Below, piece after piece: positions 28,116 through 35,741 of a DNA stretch of 64,000 nucleotides. The stretch comes from an uncultured Hyphomicrobiales bacterium (GTDB taxonomy: Bacteria; Pseudomonadota; Alphaproteobacteria; Reyranellales; JAQSWP01): contig CAYWLS010000016.1 in the NCBI GenBank assembly GCA_964458605.1, forward strand, positions 29,620 through 93,619, in the 5' to 3' direction. The stretch's first letter is position 1, and each line of letters begins with the position of its first letter. The notes beneath the pieces are model-generated. The model was not told where the DNA came from. It saw nothing but the letters and a program-made list of their open reading frames with translations, and made no database searches. The position numbers and the translations under genes were made by a program.

Positions 28116-28982
28116 CTACTTGATCGGCAGCTTGTAGATGCGGATGGCGTTGTCGCGCAGGAACTTGCGCTTGGCGGCGTCGGGAATGCCCAGCGCCTCG
28201 ATCTCGGCGCGGGTGCGCTCGAAACCCAGCACCGGGAAGTCGGTGCCGAACAGCACCTTGTCCTGGCCGAAGCTCTTGATGTAGTGGACGAAGCTCTGCG
28301 GCCAGTATTTCGGCGCATGGGCGTCGGAGCCGATATAGACGTTCTTGTGCTTCCACGCCATGGCGATCATCTCGTCGGTCCAGGGAATGCCGACATGGAT
28401 GCCGATCAGGATCAGCTCGGGGAAATCGCAGGCCACGTCGTCCAGCGTGATCGGCCGGCCGACGCTGCGGCGCGGATAGTCGGGCGCGTAGATCATCGAC
28501 TGGCCGACCTGCAACTGGATCGGCACGCCCAGCTCCACGCATTTGGCGTAGAACGGATAGTAGCGCGCATGGTTGGGCGCCAGTTCGAACCAGTGCGGAT
28601 AGGAATGCGCGCCGACGAAGCCCATGTCCTTGACCGCGCGCTCCAGCGCCCGCACCCCGTCCATGCCCTCGGTGGGATCGACGCCGGCCAGGCCATAGAA
28701 GCGCTGCGGATACTGCTTCACAGCCCGCTCCACCAGCTCGTAAGGCAGGTGGTAGCAGGAGGGATGGCCGATCGGCCCGTTCTTCGAGGCGATCAGGAAG
28801 GCGCGCTCGATGCCGGCCGCATCCATGCGCTTGAGCATCTCTTCGAGCGACACGCCGCCCATGGTGTTGTCGTCGACCTTCATCTTGCCCTGGTAGAACG
28901 CCTTGCGGTTCTTGGGCCGGTACTGCCCGACCTCCTCGGTGAAGATGTTGACCACGACGTCGATGGCCTTGATGTCGTACAT
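28116..28982 (-). CDS. amidohydrolase_2 (ACMSD/LigI/LigJ-type TIM-barrel) family protein
   Basis: Met307 of ORF 28116..29900; 288 aa. The C-terminal LFGTDFP and IGIHVG motifs fit COG2159-type enzymes. The usual N-terminal HxH appears replaced (IDVVVNIF). Confidence 0.7.
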   Translation of the reverse strand: MYDIKAIDVVVNIFTEEVGQYRPKNRKAFYQGKMKVDDNTMGGVSLEEMLKRMDAAGIERAFLIASKNGPIGHPSCYHLPYELVERAVKQYPQRFYGLAGVDPTEGMDGVRALERAVKDMGFVGAHSYPHWFELAPNHARYYPFYAKCVELGVPIQLQVGQSMIYAPDYPRRSVGRPITLDDVACDFPELILIGIHVGIPWTDEMIAMAWKHKNVYIGSDAHAPKYWPQSFVHYIKSFGQDKVLFGTDFPVLGFERTRAEIEALGIPDAAKRKFLRDNAIRIYKLPIK

Positions 28983-29002
28983 GACGCTGCCTTTCCCGCC
29001 CG

Positions 29003-30148
29003 CTACAGGCCGAGTTCGCGCGCGATGATGTCGCGCTGGATTTCGTTGGAGCCTTCGCCGAAGGAATAGAGCCGTGCATCGCGCCAGTAGCGCTGCATGT
29101 CGCTCTCGGCCGAATAGCCGGCGCTGGCCATGATCTGCATGCCGTGATCGGTGACGAATTGCAGGCATTCGGTCGCCTGCACCTTGGCCTGGGCGGCCTC
29201 GCGACGGCATGGCCGGCCGGTGCCGATCAGCCAGGCCAGATAGCGCATGGCGTGGCGGCTGGCATCGACCCGCATCTGCATGTCGACCAGCCGATGCTTG
29301 ATGGTCTGGAACGAACCGATCGGCCGGCCGAATTGCTGGCGCTCCCTGGCGTGGGCCAGCGCGGCATCGACCGCCGCCTGGGCGCAGCCGGTGATGGTGG
29401 CGGCCATGCTGGCGCGCGAATAATGCAGGGTCGACATCAGGTTGGGAAAGCCGCGGCCGCGTTCGCCCAGCACCGCCTGGTAGGGCACGAACACGTCGTC
29501 GAAGCCGATATCGAAGCTCGGCATGCAGTTGTTGCCGACCTTGGGCAGTTGCGTCATGGCAATGCCCTTGGCATCGCGCGGGATCAGCAGCATGGAGATG
29601 CCGCCGGCGCCCTTGCTGTCGGGCTCGGTGCGCACCGCCGCCAGCAAATAGTCGGCGCCGCCGGCATCGCTGATCCAGGTCTTGCGGCCGCGCACCTTCC
29701 AGCCGCCTTCGGTCTGCACGCCGCGCGTCGTGATGGCAGCGGCGTCGCTGCCGGCCTGCGGTTCGGTCAGTGCCAGCGCGATCAGGCATTTGCCTTCGAC
29801 CAGGCGCGGCAGGAACTCCCGCTTCTGCGCTTCGCTGCCATAGGTCAGGAACGACATGGCGCCGAAGCCGACCACGCGGTTGAAGATCGAGGCCACGCAA
29901 TAGCCGTGCTGCCCCAGCCGCTCCTGCGCCAGCGCCACGGTGGTCCAGTCCTGGCCGCTGCCGCCATATTCCTCCGGCACCGCCAGGCCGAAGAAGCCGG
30001 CCGCGCCCATCGCCGGCAGCAGGTCGTAGGGCGTGATGTGCCCGGCGTCGCGGCGCCGGATCTCGTCGGGCGGCGCGTGGCGCGCCATGAAGCGATCCAC
30101 CGTGTCGAGAATCTGGTTCTGCTGTTCGCTGAGCGCGAAATCCATCAC
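29003..30148 (-). CDS. acyl-CoA dehydrogenase
   Basis: 381 aa with ALTEPQAGSDAAA, and a C-terminal RLYSFGEGSNEIQRDIIAREL retaining the catalytic Glu position of the YEGT motif. Confidence 0.85.
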   Translation of the reverse strand: MMDFALSEQQNQILDTVDRFMARHAPPDEIRRRDAGHITPYDLLPAMGAAGFFGLAVPEEYGGSGQDWTTVALAQERLGQHGYCVASIFNRVVGFGAMSFLTYGSEAQKREFLPRLVEGKCLIALALTEPQAGSDAAAITTRGVQTEGGWKVRGRKTWISDAGGADYLLAAVRTEPDSKGAGGISMLLIPRDAKGIAMTQLPKVGNNCMPSFDIGFDDVFVPYQAVLGERGRGFPNLMSTLHYSRASMAATITGCAQAAVDAALAHARERQQFGRPIGSFQTIKHRLVDMQMRVDASRHAMRYLAWLIGTGRPCRREAAQAKVQATECLQFVTDHGMQIMASAGYSAESDMQRYWRDARLYSFGEGSNEIQRDIIARELGL

Positions 30149-30172
30149 CGCTGCGCCTTCACTGCTGGACTT

Positions 30173-31096
30173 TCACTGCTGGCCCTTCCAGGCGTCGAGG
30201 ATTTCGCCGGCCGTGGCGCTCCACACCAAGCCGCGCCCCTGGATGTGGTCCAGCGCCCTGGCCAGGGCGTGGATGCGATAGGGCTGGCCGGTGATCCACG
30301 GCCGCAGCGCCAGCGACATGATGCGCCCGCCCTGCTTGCCGGCCTCCTCGGTCAGCACGTCGAACTGGTCGATGAGCTGGTCGGCGAATTCCTGCTCGCT
30401 GTGGTGGTTGCGGATCAGGATGCTGAAATCGTCGATATCGGGCGAATGCGGCATCGAATAGAGCGTGCCGGACGACGTCTTCATCGCATATGGCATGTCG
30501 TCGTTGTCCCAGTCGCAGGTGTAGTCCAGGCCGCGCTGGCGCACCAGATCGAGCGTGGCGAAGGATTCGCCCTTGGCCGGCGACAGCCAGCCGCGCACCT
30601 TGCCGCCGCCGGCGTTCAGCACTGCGAGCGACCGGTCGATCAGCGCACCCTCGGCCGTCTGGTCGAGGCCGCTGTGATGCAGATGCGCCATGTCGGTGCC
30701 ATGGGCCATCACCTCCCAGTTGCGCTGCCGCACCTCCTGCAGCAGGGACGGATAGCGCTGCGCCACGGCGGCGTTGACGGCAGCGGTGGCCTTGAGCTGG
30801 CGCGCGTCGAGCTCGCGCATCAGGCGATAGATGCCGACCCGGTTGCCGTAGTCGCGCAAGGTGTAGTGGCGCAAATCGGGATAGGCCGTGACCATCGCGC
30901 CCGGCGGCGCGAACGGCTTGTTGCTCATGTCGAGCGGGAACCATTCCAGCGCCACCACGATCGACAGCGCGATGCGCGCGCCGCCCGGCCACTGCACGGG
31001 TTTGCGGGTATGCAGCATCGACCAGTCGTAGCGGTCGTGATCCATGCCGTAGCGGCGCTGGCGGTATTCGAGATAGTCCGGCGGCAGGCTGGTCAT
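30173..31096 (-). CDS. PuuE/CE4-like 'polysaccharide deacetylase' family hydrolase, paralogue B
   Basis: Met201 of ORF 30173..31696. RDYGNRVGIYRLM motif and ~307 aa. Its start overlaps the stop of paralogue A (ATGA at 31093-31096). Confidence 0.7.
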   Translation of the reverse strand: MTSLPPDYLEYRQRRYGMDHDRYDWSMLHTRKPVQWPGGARIALSIVVALEWFPLDMSNKPFAPPGAMVTAYPDLRHYTLRDYGNRVGIYRLMRELDARQLKATAAVNAAVAQRYPSLLQEVRQRNWEVMAHGTDMAHLHHSGLDQTAEGALIDRSLAVLNAGGGKVRGWLSPAKGESFATLDLVRQRGLDYTCDWDNDDMPYAMKTSSGTLYSMPHSPDIDDFSILIRNHHSEQEFADQLIDQFDVLTEEAGKQGGRIMSLALRPWITGQPYRIHALARALDHIQGRGLVWSATAGEILDAWKGQQ

Positions 31097-32010
31097 GCGG
31101 CCTCTCCCACCTTGTGGCCGGCGCGCTGGAACGCGTCGTAGTGATTGTCGATGAAGTGCCTGGCGATCTCGCGGCCGGTGGCGAACCACACCTTGTCGTG
31201 GCCGGCGATATAGGCCAGCGCTTCCTCGAACGCCTTGATGCGATAGGGCCAGCCCACCAGGTAGGGATGCAGCGGAATGCACATCACCGTGCCGGAGTGC
31301 TTGCCCTCCTCGTAGAGCTGGTCGAACTGGCGCCTGATGATCTCGCCATACTGGCGCGGTGCCACCAGGTTGACGTTGTAGGCGATGACGTCGTTCATCT
31401 CCAAGGAATACGGCAGGCTGATCAGCTTGCCCTGCTTGACCTTGAGCGGCGTCGGCTGGTCGTCGTGGAACAGGTCGCAGACATAGCTCAAGCCCATCTC
31501 CGCCACCAGATCCATGGTGCGGTCGGTGTAGGTCAGCGCCGGCGCCAGCCAGCCATCCAGCTTCTGGCCGGTATGGTCCCGGATGGTGTCGATGGAATCT
31601 TGAATGACCGCGCGCTCCTGCGCCTCGTCCATGTTCATCAGGTAGCGCGTGTTGTAGGTGCCGTGGCTGTAGAACTCCCAGCCCGCCTTGCTGCACGCCT
31701 CGATGATCTCGGGATGGTGCTGGCAGACCGCGACGTTGAGCGAGACGCTGCCGCGGATTCTGTGCTTCTCCATCGCCTCGAACATGCGCCAGAAGCCGGC
31801 GCGGTTGCCGTAGTCGCGATAGGAATAGCCGCTGACGTCGGGCGCCGGCCGGCCCCAGGCCGCGCGCGAGGGGTTGCGCGGCGGATCGAGCTCGTAGAAT
31901 TCGATGTTGGGCGCCACCCAGAAAGCCACCCGCGCGCCGTTGGGCCAGGCGATCCTGGGCCGCTGCTGGTTGTAGGGCAGGTAGTCGTACAGGCCGGGAT
32001 CGCGTTTCAC
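31093..32010 (-). CDS. PuuE/CE4-like 'polysaccharide deacetylase' family hydrolase, paralogue A
   Basis: ORF 31093..32025. I prefer the GTG at 32010 (AGGGAGG 5 nt upstream) over the TTG at 32025. RDYGNRAGFWRMF motif. Confidence 0.7.
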   Translation of the reverse strand: MKRDPGLYDYLPYNQQRPRIAWPNGARVAFWVAPNIEFYELDPPRNPSRAAWGRPAPDVSGYSYRDYGNRAGFWRMFEAMEKHRIRGSVSLNVAVCQHHPEIIEACSKAGWEFYSHGTYNTRYLMNMDEAQERAVIQDSIDTIRDHTGQKLDGWLAPALTYTDRTMDLVAEMGLSYVCDLFHDDQPTPLKVKQGKLISLPYSLEMNDVIAYNVNLVAPRQYGEIIRRQFDQLYEEGKHSGTVMCIPLHPYLVGWPYRIKAFEEALAYIAGHDKVWFATGREIARHFIDNHYDAFQRAGHKVGEAA

Positions 32011-32021
32011 GCCAACCTCCC

Positions 32022-32699
32022 TCAAGCGCCGGTCGGGTTGTATTGCTTCAGGTAGGCGAACACTTCGGACACCGGCAGCACGTCGGCGTATTTCAGCGCC
32101 ATGTCGTAGAGATTGGCGAAATGCGGACTCTCGTGCTTGTCGGCCGTGGTCTCCTCCGGAACGATGGTGCGGAACGAGCGCTGCAGGCTGTCGACCACCG
32201 TGGCGCGGACGCAGCCCGAGGTCGAGCCGCCGGTCACCACGATGGTGTCGACCTTGTGGAAGGTGAACAGCGAGCCGAGATTGGTCTCGAAGAAGGCCGA
32301 GGCCATGCGCTTGTTGATGACGATGTCGCGCTCGTAATCGACCTCGCAGCGTTCATCGATTTGTGAGCGCCGCGAGCCGACCTTGATGTTCTGCAGCGAA
32401 TCGGGCGTGTCGGTGCGGGTGCCCCAGGCGCCGGCATCCTCGCCCGACTGCATGTAGGCCACGTAAGTCCACACCACCGGGCATTTGTTGGCGCGGAACA
32501 GCCGGGCCAGCTCGTTGACGTATTCGATCTGCCTGGGGTCGGTCTCGTAGGCGGTGACGAACTCGCCCGGACGGGTATAGGCATTCTGCAGATCGACGTT
32601 GATCAGCGCCGGCTTGCGGCCGAAGCCGAAGCGGCGGCGCGTCGGGTTGGCCTTGACGGCTTCGTACAATTCGCGAGCGGTCTTGTTCGAGGTTTCCAC
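32022..32699 (-). CDS. isochorismatase-like cysteine hydrolase (amidase type)
   Basis: ORF 32022..32759. I prefer the GTG at 32699 (AAGGAGG 6 nt upstream). Catalytic D-K-C pattern: ALINVDLQNAY, VINKRMASAF, VTGGSTSGCVRATV. Confidence 0.8.
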   Translation of the reverse strand: METSNKTARELYEAVKANPTRRRFGFGRKPALINVDLQNAYTRPGEFVTAYETDPRQIEYVNELARLFRANKCPVVWTYVAYMQSGEDAGAWGTRTDTPDSLQNIKVGSRRSQIDERCEVDYERDIVINKRMASAFFETNLGSLFTFHKVDTIVVTGGSTSGCVRATVVDSLQRSFRTIVPEETTADKHESPHFANLYDMALKYADVLPVSEVFAYLKQYNPTGA

Positions 32700-32727
32700 G
32701 TCGTGCCTCCTTCGATTTGGATTGGCT

Positions 32728-33612
32728 TCAGTATCCCGCGCGACCGGCCTGCGGGACATCGTATTTTTCTTCCAGCGCCTGGACCTCCGCCATGCCCAGC
32801 AGGTCGAAGAATTCGCGGAAGCCTGCGACTTCGTTGACCAGCCCGGCGATCGTGCCGGTGTCCTTCAGGGTCTGCAGCACGTGGCTGGCGGCGCGGATCG
32901 CCGCCAGCACCACCCAGTTGGGGTAGATCACCAGCTTGAAACCCAGTTTCTCGATCTCGTCCTTGCCCAGGAACGGCGTCTTGCCGCTGGTCGCCATGTT
33001 GTAGAGCAGCGGCGCCTTGAGCCGCGGCGCGATCAGCTTCAGGTGCTGCGGGCCGGGCGATTCGACGAAGATCATGTCGGCGCCGGCCTCCTGGTAGGCC
33101 AGCGCCCGCTCGATCGCCGGCTCGAAGCCGTCGACGCCGATGGCATCGGTACGCGCGATCACGACGAAATCGGGGTCGAGGCGCGAATCCAGCGCGGCCT
33201 TGATCTTGGATACCATTTCCTGGGTCGGCACCAGTTGCTTGCCGGCCAGATGGCCGCAGCGCTTGGGCAGCACCTGGTCCTCCAGGTGCAGCGCCGCCAC
33301 GCCGGCGCGCTCATAGGCCTGCACGGTGCGGCGCACGTTGAGCACGCCGCCGTAGCCGTTGTCGGCATCGGCAATCAGCGGCAGGCCCGACGCCTCGACG
33401 ATGCGCTGGGCGTTGTCGGCCATCTCCGTCATCGTCAGCAGCCCGACATCGGGCATGCCCAGCCGCACCGCCGTCGTGCCCGCGCCGGTCATGTAGATCG
33501 CCTCGAAGCCGTGACGACGCACCAGCCGCGCGTTGAGCGCATCGGCCACGCCCGGCGCCATCACGGCGCCCGGACGGGCCAGGAGATTGCGGAGCTGGGT
33601 GGTCAGTTTCAT
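32728..33612 (-). CDS. isocitrate lyase / PEP mutase superfamily C-C lyase (methylisocitrate / 2,3-dimethylmalate lyase-like)
   Basis: Signature LPKRCGHLAGK (K-[KR]-C-G-H with the catalytic Cys), plus IADADNGYGG and IARTDA. Confidence 0.8.
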   Translation of the reverse strand: MKLTTQLRNLLARPGAVMAPGVADALNARLVRRHGFEAIYMTGAGTTAVRLGMPDVGLLTMTEMADNAQRIVEASGLPLIADADNGYGGVLNVRRTVQAYERAGVAALHLEDQVLPKRCGHLAGKQLVPTQEMVSKIKAALDSRLDPDFVVIARTDAIGVDGFEPAIERALAYQEAGADMIFVESPGPQHLKLIAPRLKAPLLYNMATSGKTPFLGKDEIEKLGFKLVIYPNWVVLAAIRAASHVLQTLKDTGTIAGLVNEVAGFREFFDLLGMAEVQALEEKYDVPQAGRAGY

Positions 33613-33622
33613 GCCAATGCCT

Positions 33623-34228
33623 TTAGGTCAGCCAGTCGAACTGGCGGTGATATTCGCGTTCGAAGGCGGCGATCTTCTCGCCGTAGCTCTGGGTCAGGCC
33701 GATCTCGTCGACGCCGCGCAGCAGGGCCTCGCGCCAGAAGGCATCGACCTTGAAGGCGATCTCCCGTCCGTCGACCGCCACCACGTTGCGTTCGAGATCG
33801 ACGGTCAGGGCGGTGCCGGGATGGCGCTCCAATGTGGCCATGATCGCCTTGACGGTATCGTGCGGCAGCACCACGGGCAGCACGCCGTTCTTGAAGCAGT
33901 TGTTGTGGAAGATCGGCCCGAAGCTGGGGCCGATGACGCAGCGGAAGCCGCAATCGTAGAGCGCGTAGACCGCGCCCTCGCGGGACGAGCCGCAGCCGAA
34001 ATTCTCGCCCGTCACCAGGATGCGCGCGCCCTTGTAGTCGGGCCGGTCGAGCACGAAGCCAGGCCGAGGACCGCCATCCTCGGCGCGGCGTTGGTCGTGG
34101 AACAGGAACTGGCCGTAGCCGCCCGAGCGCGGATTTTTCAGGAACCGCGCCGGGATGATCTGGTCGGTGTCGACATTGTCCTGGTCGAACGGCACCGCCA
34201 CCGCGGCGAGCTTGCGGAACGGTTCCAT
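33623..34228 (-). CDS. aconitase-family hydratase small subunit (LeuD-like)
   Basis: Met72 of ORF 33623..34441. Motifs VDTDQIIPARFL and GENFGCGSSREGAVYAL. Its start shares one base with the large-subunit stop (TGATG at 34226-34230). Confidence 0.85.
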   Translation of the reverse strand: MEPFRKLAAVAVPFDQDNVDTDQIIPARFLKNPRSGGYGQFLFHDQRRAEDGGPRPGFVLDRPDYKGARILVTGENFGCGSSREGAVYALYDCGFRCVIGPSFGPIFHNNCFKNGVLPVVLPHDTVKAIMATLERHPGTALTVDLERNVVAVDGREIAFKVDAFWREALLRGVDEIGLTQSYGEKIAAFEREYHRQFDWLT

Positions 34229-35637
34229 CAGCCCTGCCCTCCGCCGTTCAGCCGGCGCACGTCGGTCAGCCTGCCGGTGACGGCCGCCGCCGCCGCCATG
34301 GCCGGGCTCACCAGATGGGTGCGCGCGCCCGCGCCCTGCCGGCCGATGAAGTTGCGGTTGGACGTCGAAGCGCTGCGCTTGCCCTTGGCCACGATGTCGC
34401 CGTTCATGCCGACGCACATCGAGCAGCCCGGCTCGCGCCATTCGGCGCCGGCGTCGCGGAACACGCGGTCCAGGCCCTCGGCCTCGGCCTGGGCCTTGAC
34501 CAGGCCGGAGCCCGGCACGATCACGGTCGGCACCTTGACCTTGGCCGCCTTGAGGATGCCGGCGGCGATGCGCAGATCCTCGATGCGGCCGTTGGTGCAG
34601 GAGCCGATGAACACGATATCGACCGGCGTTTCGCTGAGCGGCGCGCCGGCGGCGAGGCCCATGTAGTCCAGCGCGGCTTTTATATGCTCGCGCCTGGTGG
34701 CATCGGGCTCGCGCGACGGATCGGGGATGGTGGCGGTGATCGGCAGCACGTCCTCGGGCGTGGTGCCCCAGGTCACCATCGGCGCGATGCTGGCGGCGTC
34801 GAGCGATACTTCTCTATCGAAGGTCGCGTCCGCGTCGCTGGGCAAGGTGCGCCAATAGGCCACGGCACGATCCCACTTCCCGTCCTGGGGCGCGAACGGC
34901 CGGCCATGCAGATATTGATAGACCGTGTCGTCGGGCGCGATCAGCCCGGCCTTGGCCCCCGCTTCGATCGACATGTTGCATACGGTGAGCCGCTGCTCGA
35001 CCGAAAAGCCGCGCACCGTCGAGCCGGCATATTCGACCACATAGCCCACCGCGCCGGCGGCGCCGATCTTGCCGATGATCGCCAGGATCACGTCCTTGGA
35101 CGCCACGCCGTCGGCCAGCCGGCCGTCGATCGTGATGCGCATGCGGCGGGGCCGCTCCTGCCACAGCGTCTGCGTCGCCATGACATGGGCGTTTTCCGAC
35201 TGGCCGATGCCGAAGGCGAAGGCGCCCAGCCCGCCATGGGTCGAGGTGTGGCTGTCGCTGCAGGTCATGAACAGGCCCGGCAGGGTGATGCCCTGCTCCG
35301 GACCGATGACGTGGACGATGCCCTGGCGCACGTCGCCGCGCGGGAAGACGTGGATGCCCGAGCCTTCCATGTTGCGGGCGAACTGCTCGACCATGCGCGA
35401 CATCTCGGGCGGCTGCTGGCCGGCCGTGGCGTCGCCCCGCGTCCAGACGTAGTGGTCGGGGGTGCCGAAGGTCTGACCGGGCCGCGCGATCTTCAGCCCG
35501 CGCTGACGCAGGGTCTCGAAGGCGTGGAACGTGCCGTCGTGCACGATGTTGCGATCGACGTAGAGCAGCGAGGGGCCGTCGGGCTGCTCGAGGATGACGT
35601 GACGCCGCCAGATCTTGTCGAACAGGGTGCTCGGCAT
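34228..35637 (-). CDS. aconitase-family hydratase large subunit (LeuC-like paralogue)
   Basis: Met35 of ORF 34228..35739. Fe-S cysteines lie in CSDSHT, GSCTNGR and GCSMCVGMN. The region that reads HEVTSPQAF in canonical LeuC (as I recall it) reads HDGTFHAF here. Confidence 0.85.
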   Translation of the reverse strand: MPSTLFDKIWRRHVILEQPDGPSLLYVDRNIVHDGTFHAFETLRQRGLKIARPGQTFGTPDHYVWTRGDATAGQQPPEMSRMVEQFARNMEGSGIHVFPRGDVRQGIVHVIGPEQGITLPGLFMTCSDSHTSTHGGLGAFAFGIGQSENAHVMATQTLWQERPRRMRITIDGRLADGVASKDVILAIIGKIGAAGAVGYVVEYAGSTVRGFSVEQRLTVCNMSIEAGAKAGLIAPDDTVYQYLHGRPFAPQDGKWDRAVAYWRTLPSDADATFDREVSLDAASIAPMVTWGTTPEDVLPITATIPDPSREPDATRREHIKAALDYMGLAAGAPLSETPVDIVFIGSCTNGRIEDLRIAAGILKAAKVKVPTVIVPGSGLVKAQAEAEGLDRVFRDAGAEWREPGCSMCVGMNGDIVAKGKRSASTSNRNFIGRQGAGARTHLVSPAMAAAAAVTGRLTDVRRLNGGGQG

Positions 35638-35703
35638 GTACCGCTTTCCGCTGGGCGTGAAAAACCGCGCGCCGGGAAAAACTAGGATAGCCGGCAGGCC
35701 GGA

Positions 35704-35719
35704 ACAATTATATAATTGT
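35704..35719. promoter_or_regulatory. perfect 16-bp palindrome, candidate LysR-type operator
   Basis: ACAATTAT|ATAATTGT lies in the 104-bp AT-rich region between the leuC-like start (35637) and the lysR start (35742), and contains a T-N11-A arrangement. Confidence 0.6.
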
Positions 35720-35741
35720 AATCTATTAATTGGAAACATTA

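Noticed and set aside
26647-29079. An 810-aa ORF that could be read as one large fusion protein. Similar cases are 6358..8661 (767 aa), 28116..29900 (594 aa), 30173..31696 (507 aa) and 56792..58333 (513 aa).
   Set aside because: In each case only the C-terminal part has family motifs and an internal Met or GTG with an SD. The N-terminal part is a low-complexity read-through that overlaps the upstream gene in another frame.
33623-35637. Annotating the aconitase-family pair as housekeeping leuC/leuD.
   Set aside because: The pair sits inside a LysR-controlled catabolic operon next to an ICL-family lyase, and no leuA or leuB is nearby. The sequence also deviates in the LeuC substrate-side motif. 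Housekeeping status cannot be fully excluded without the whole genome.
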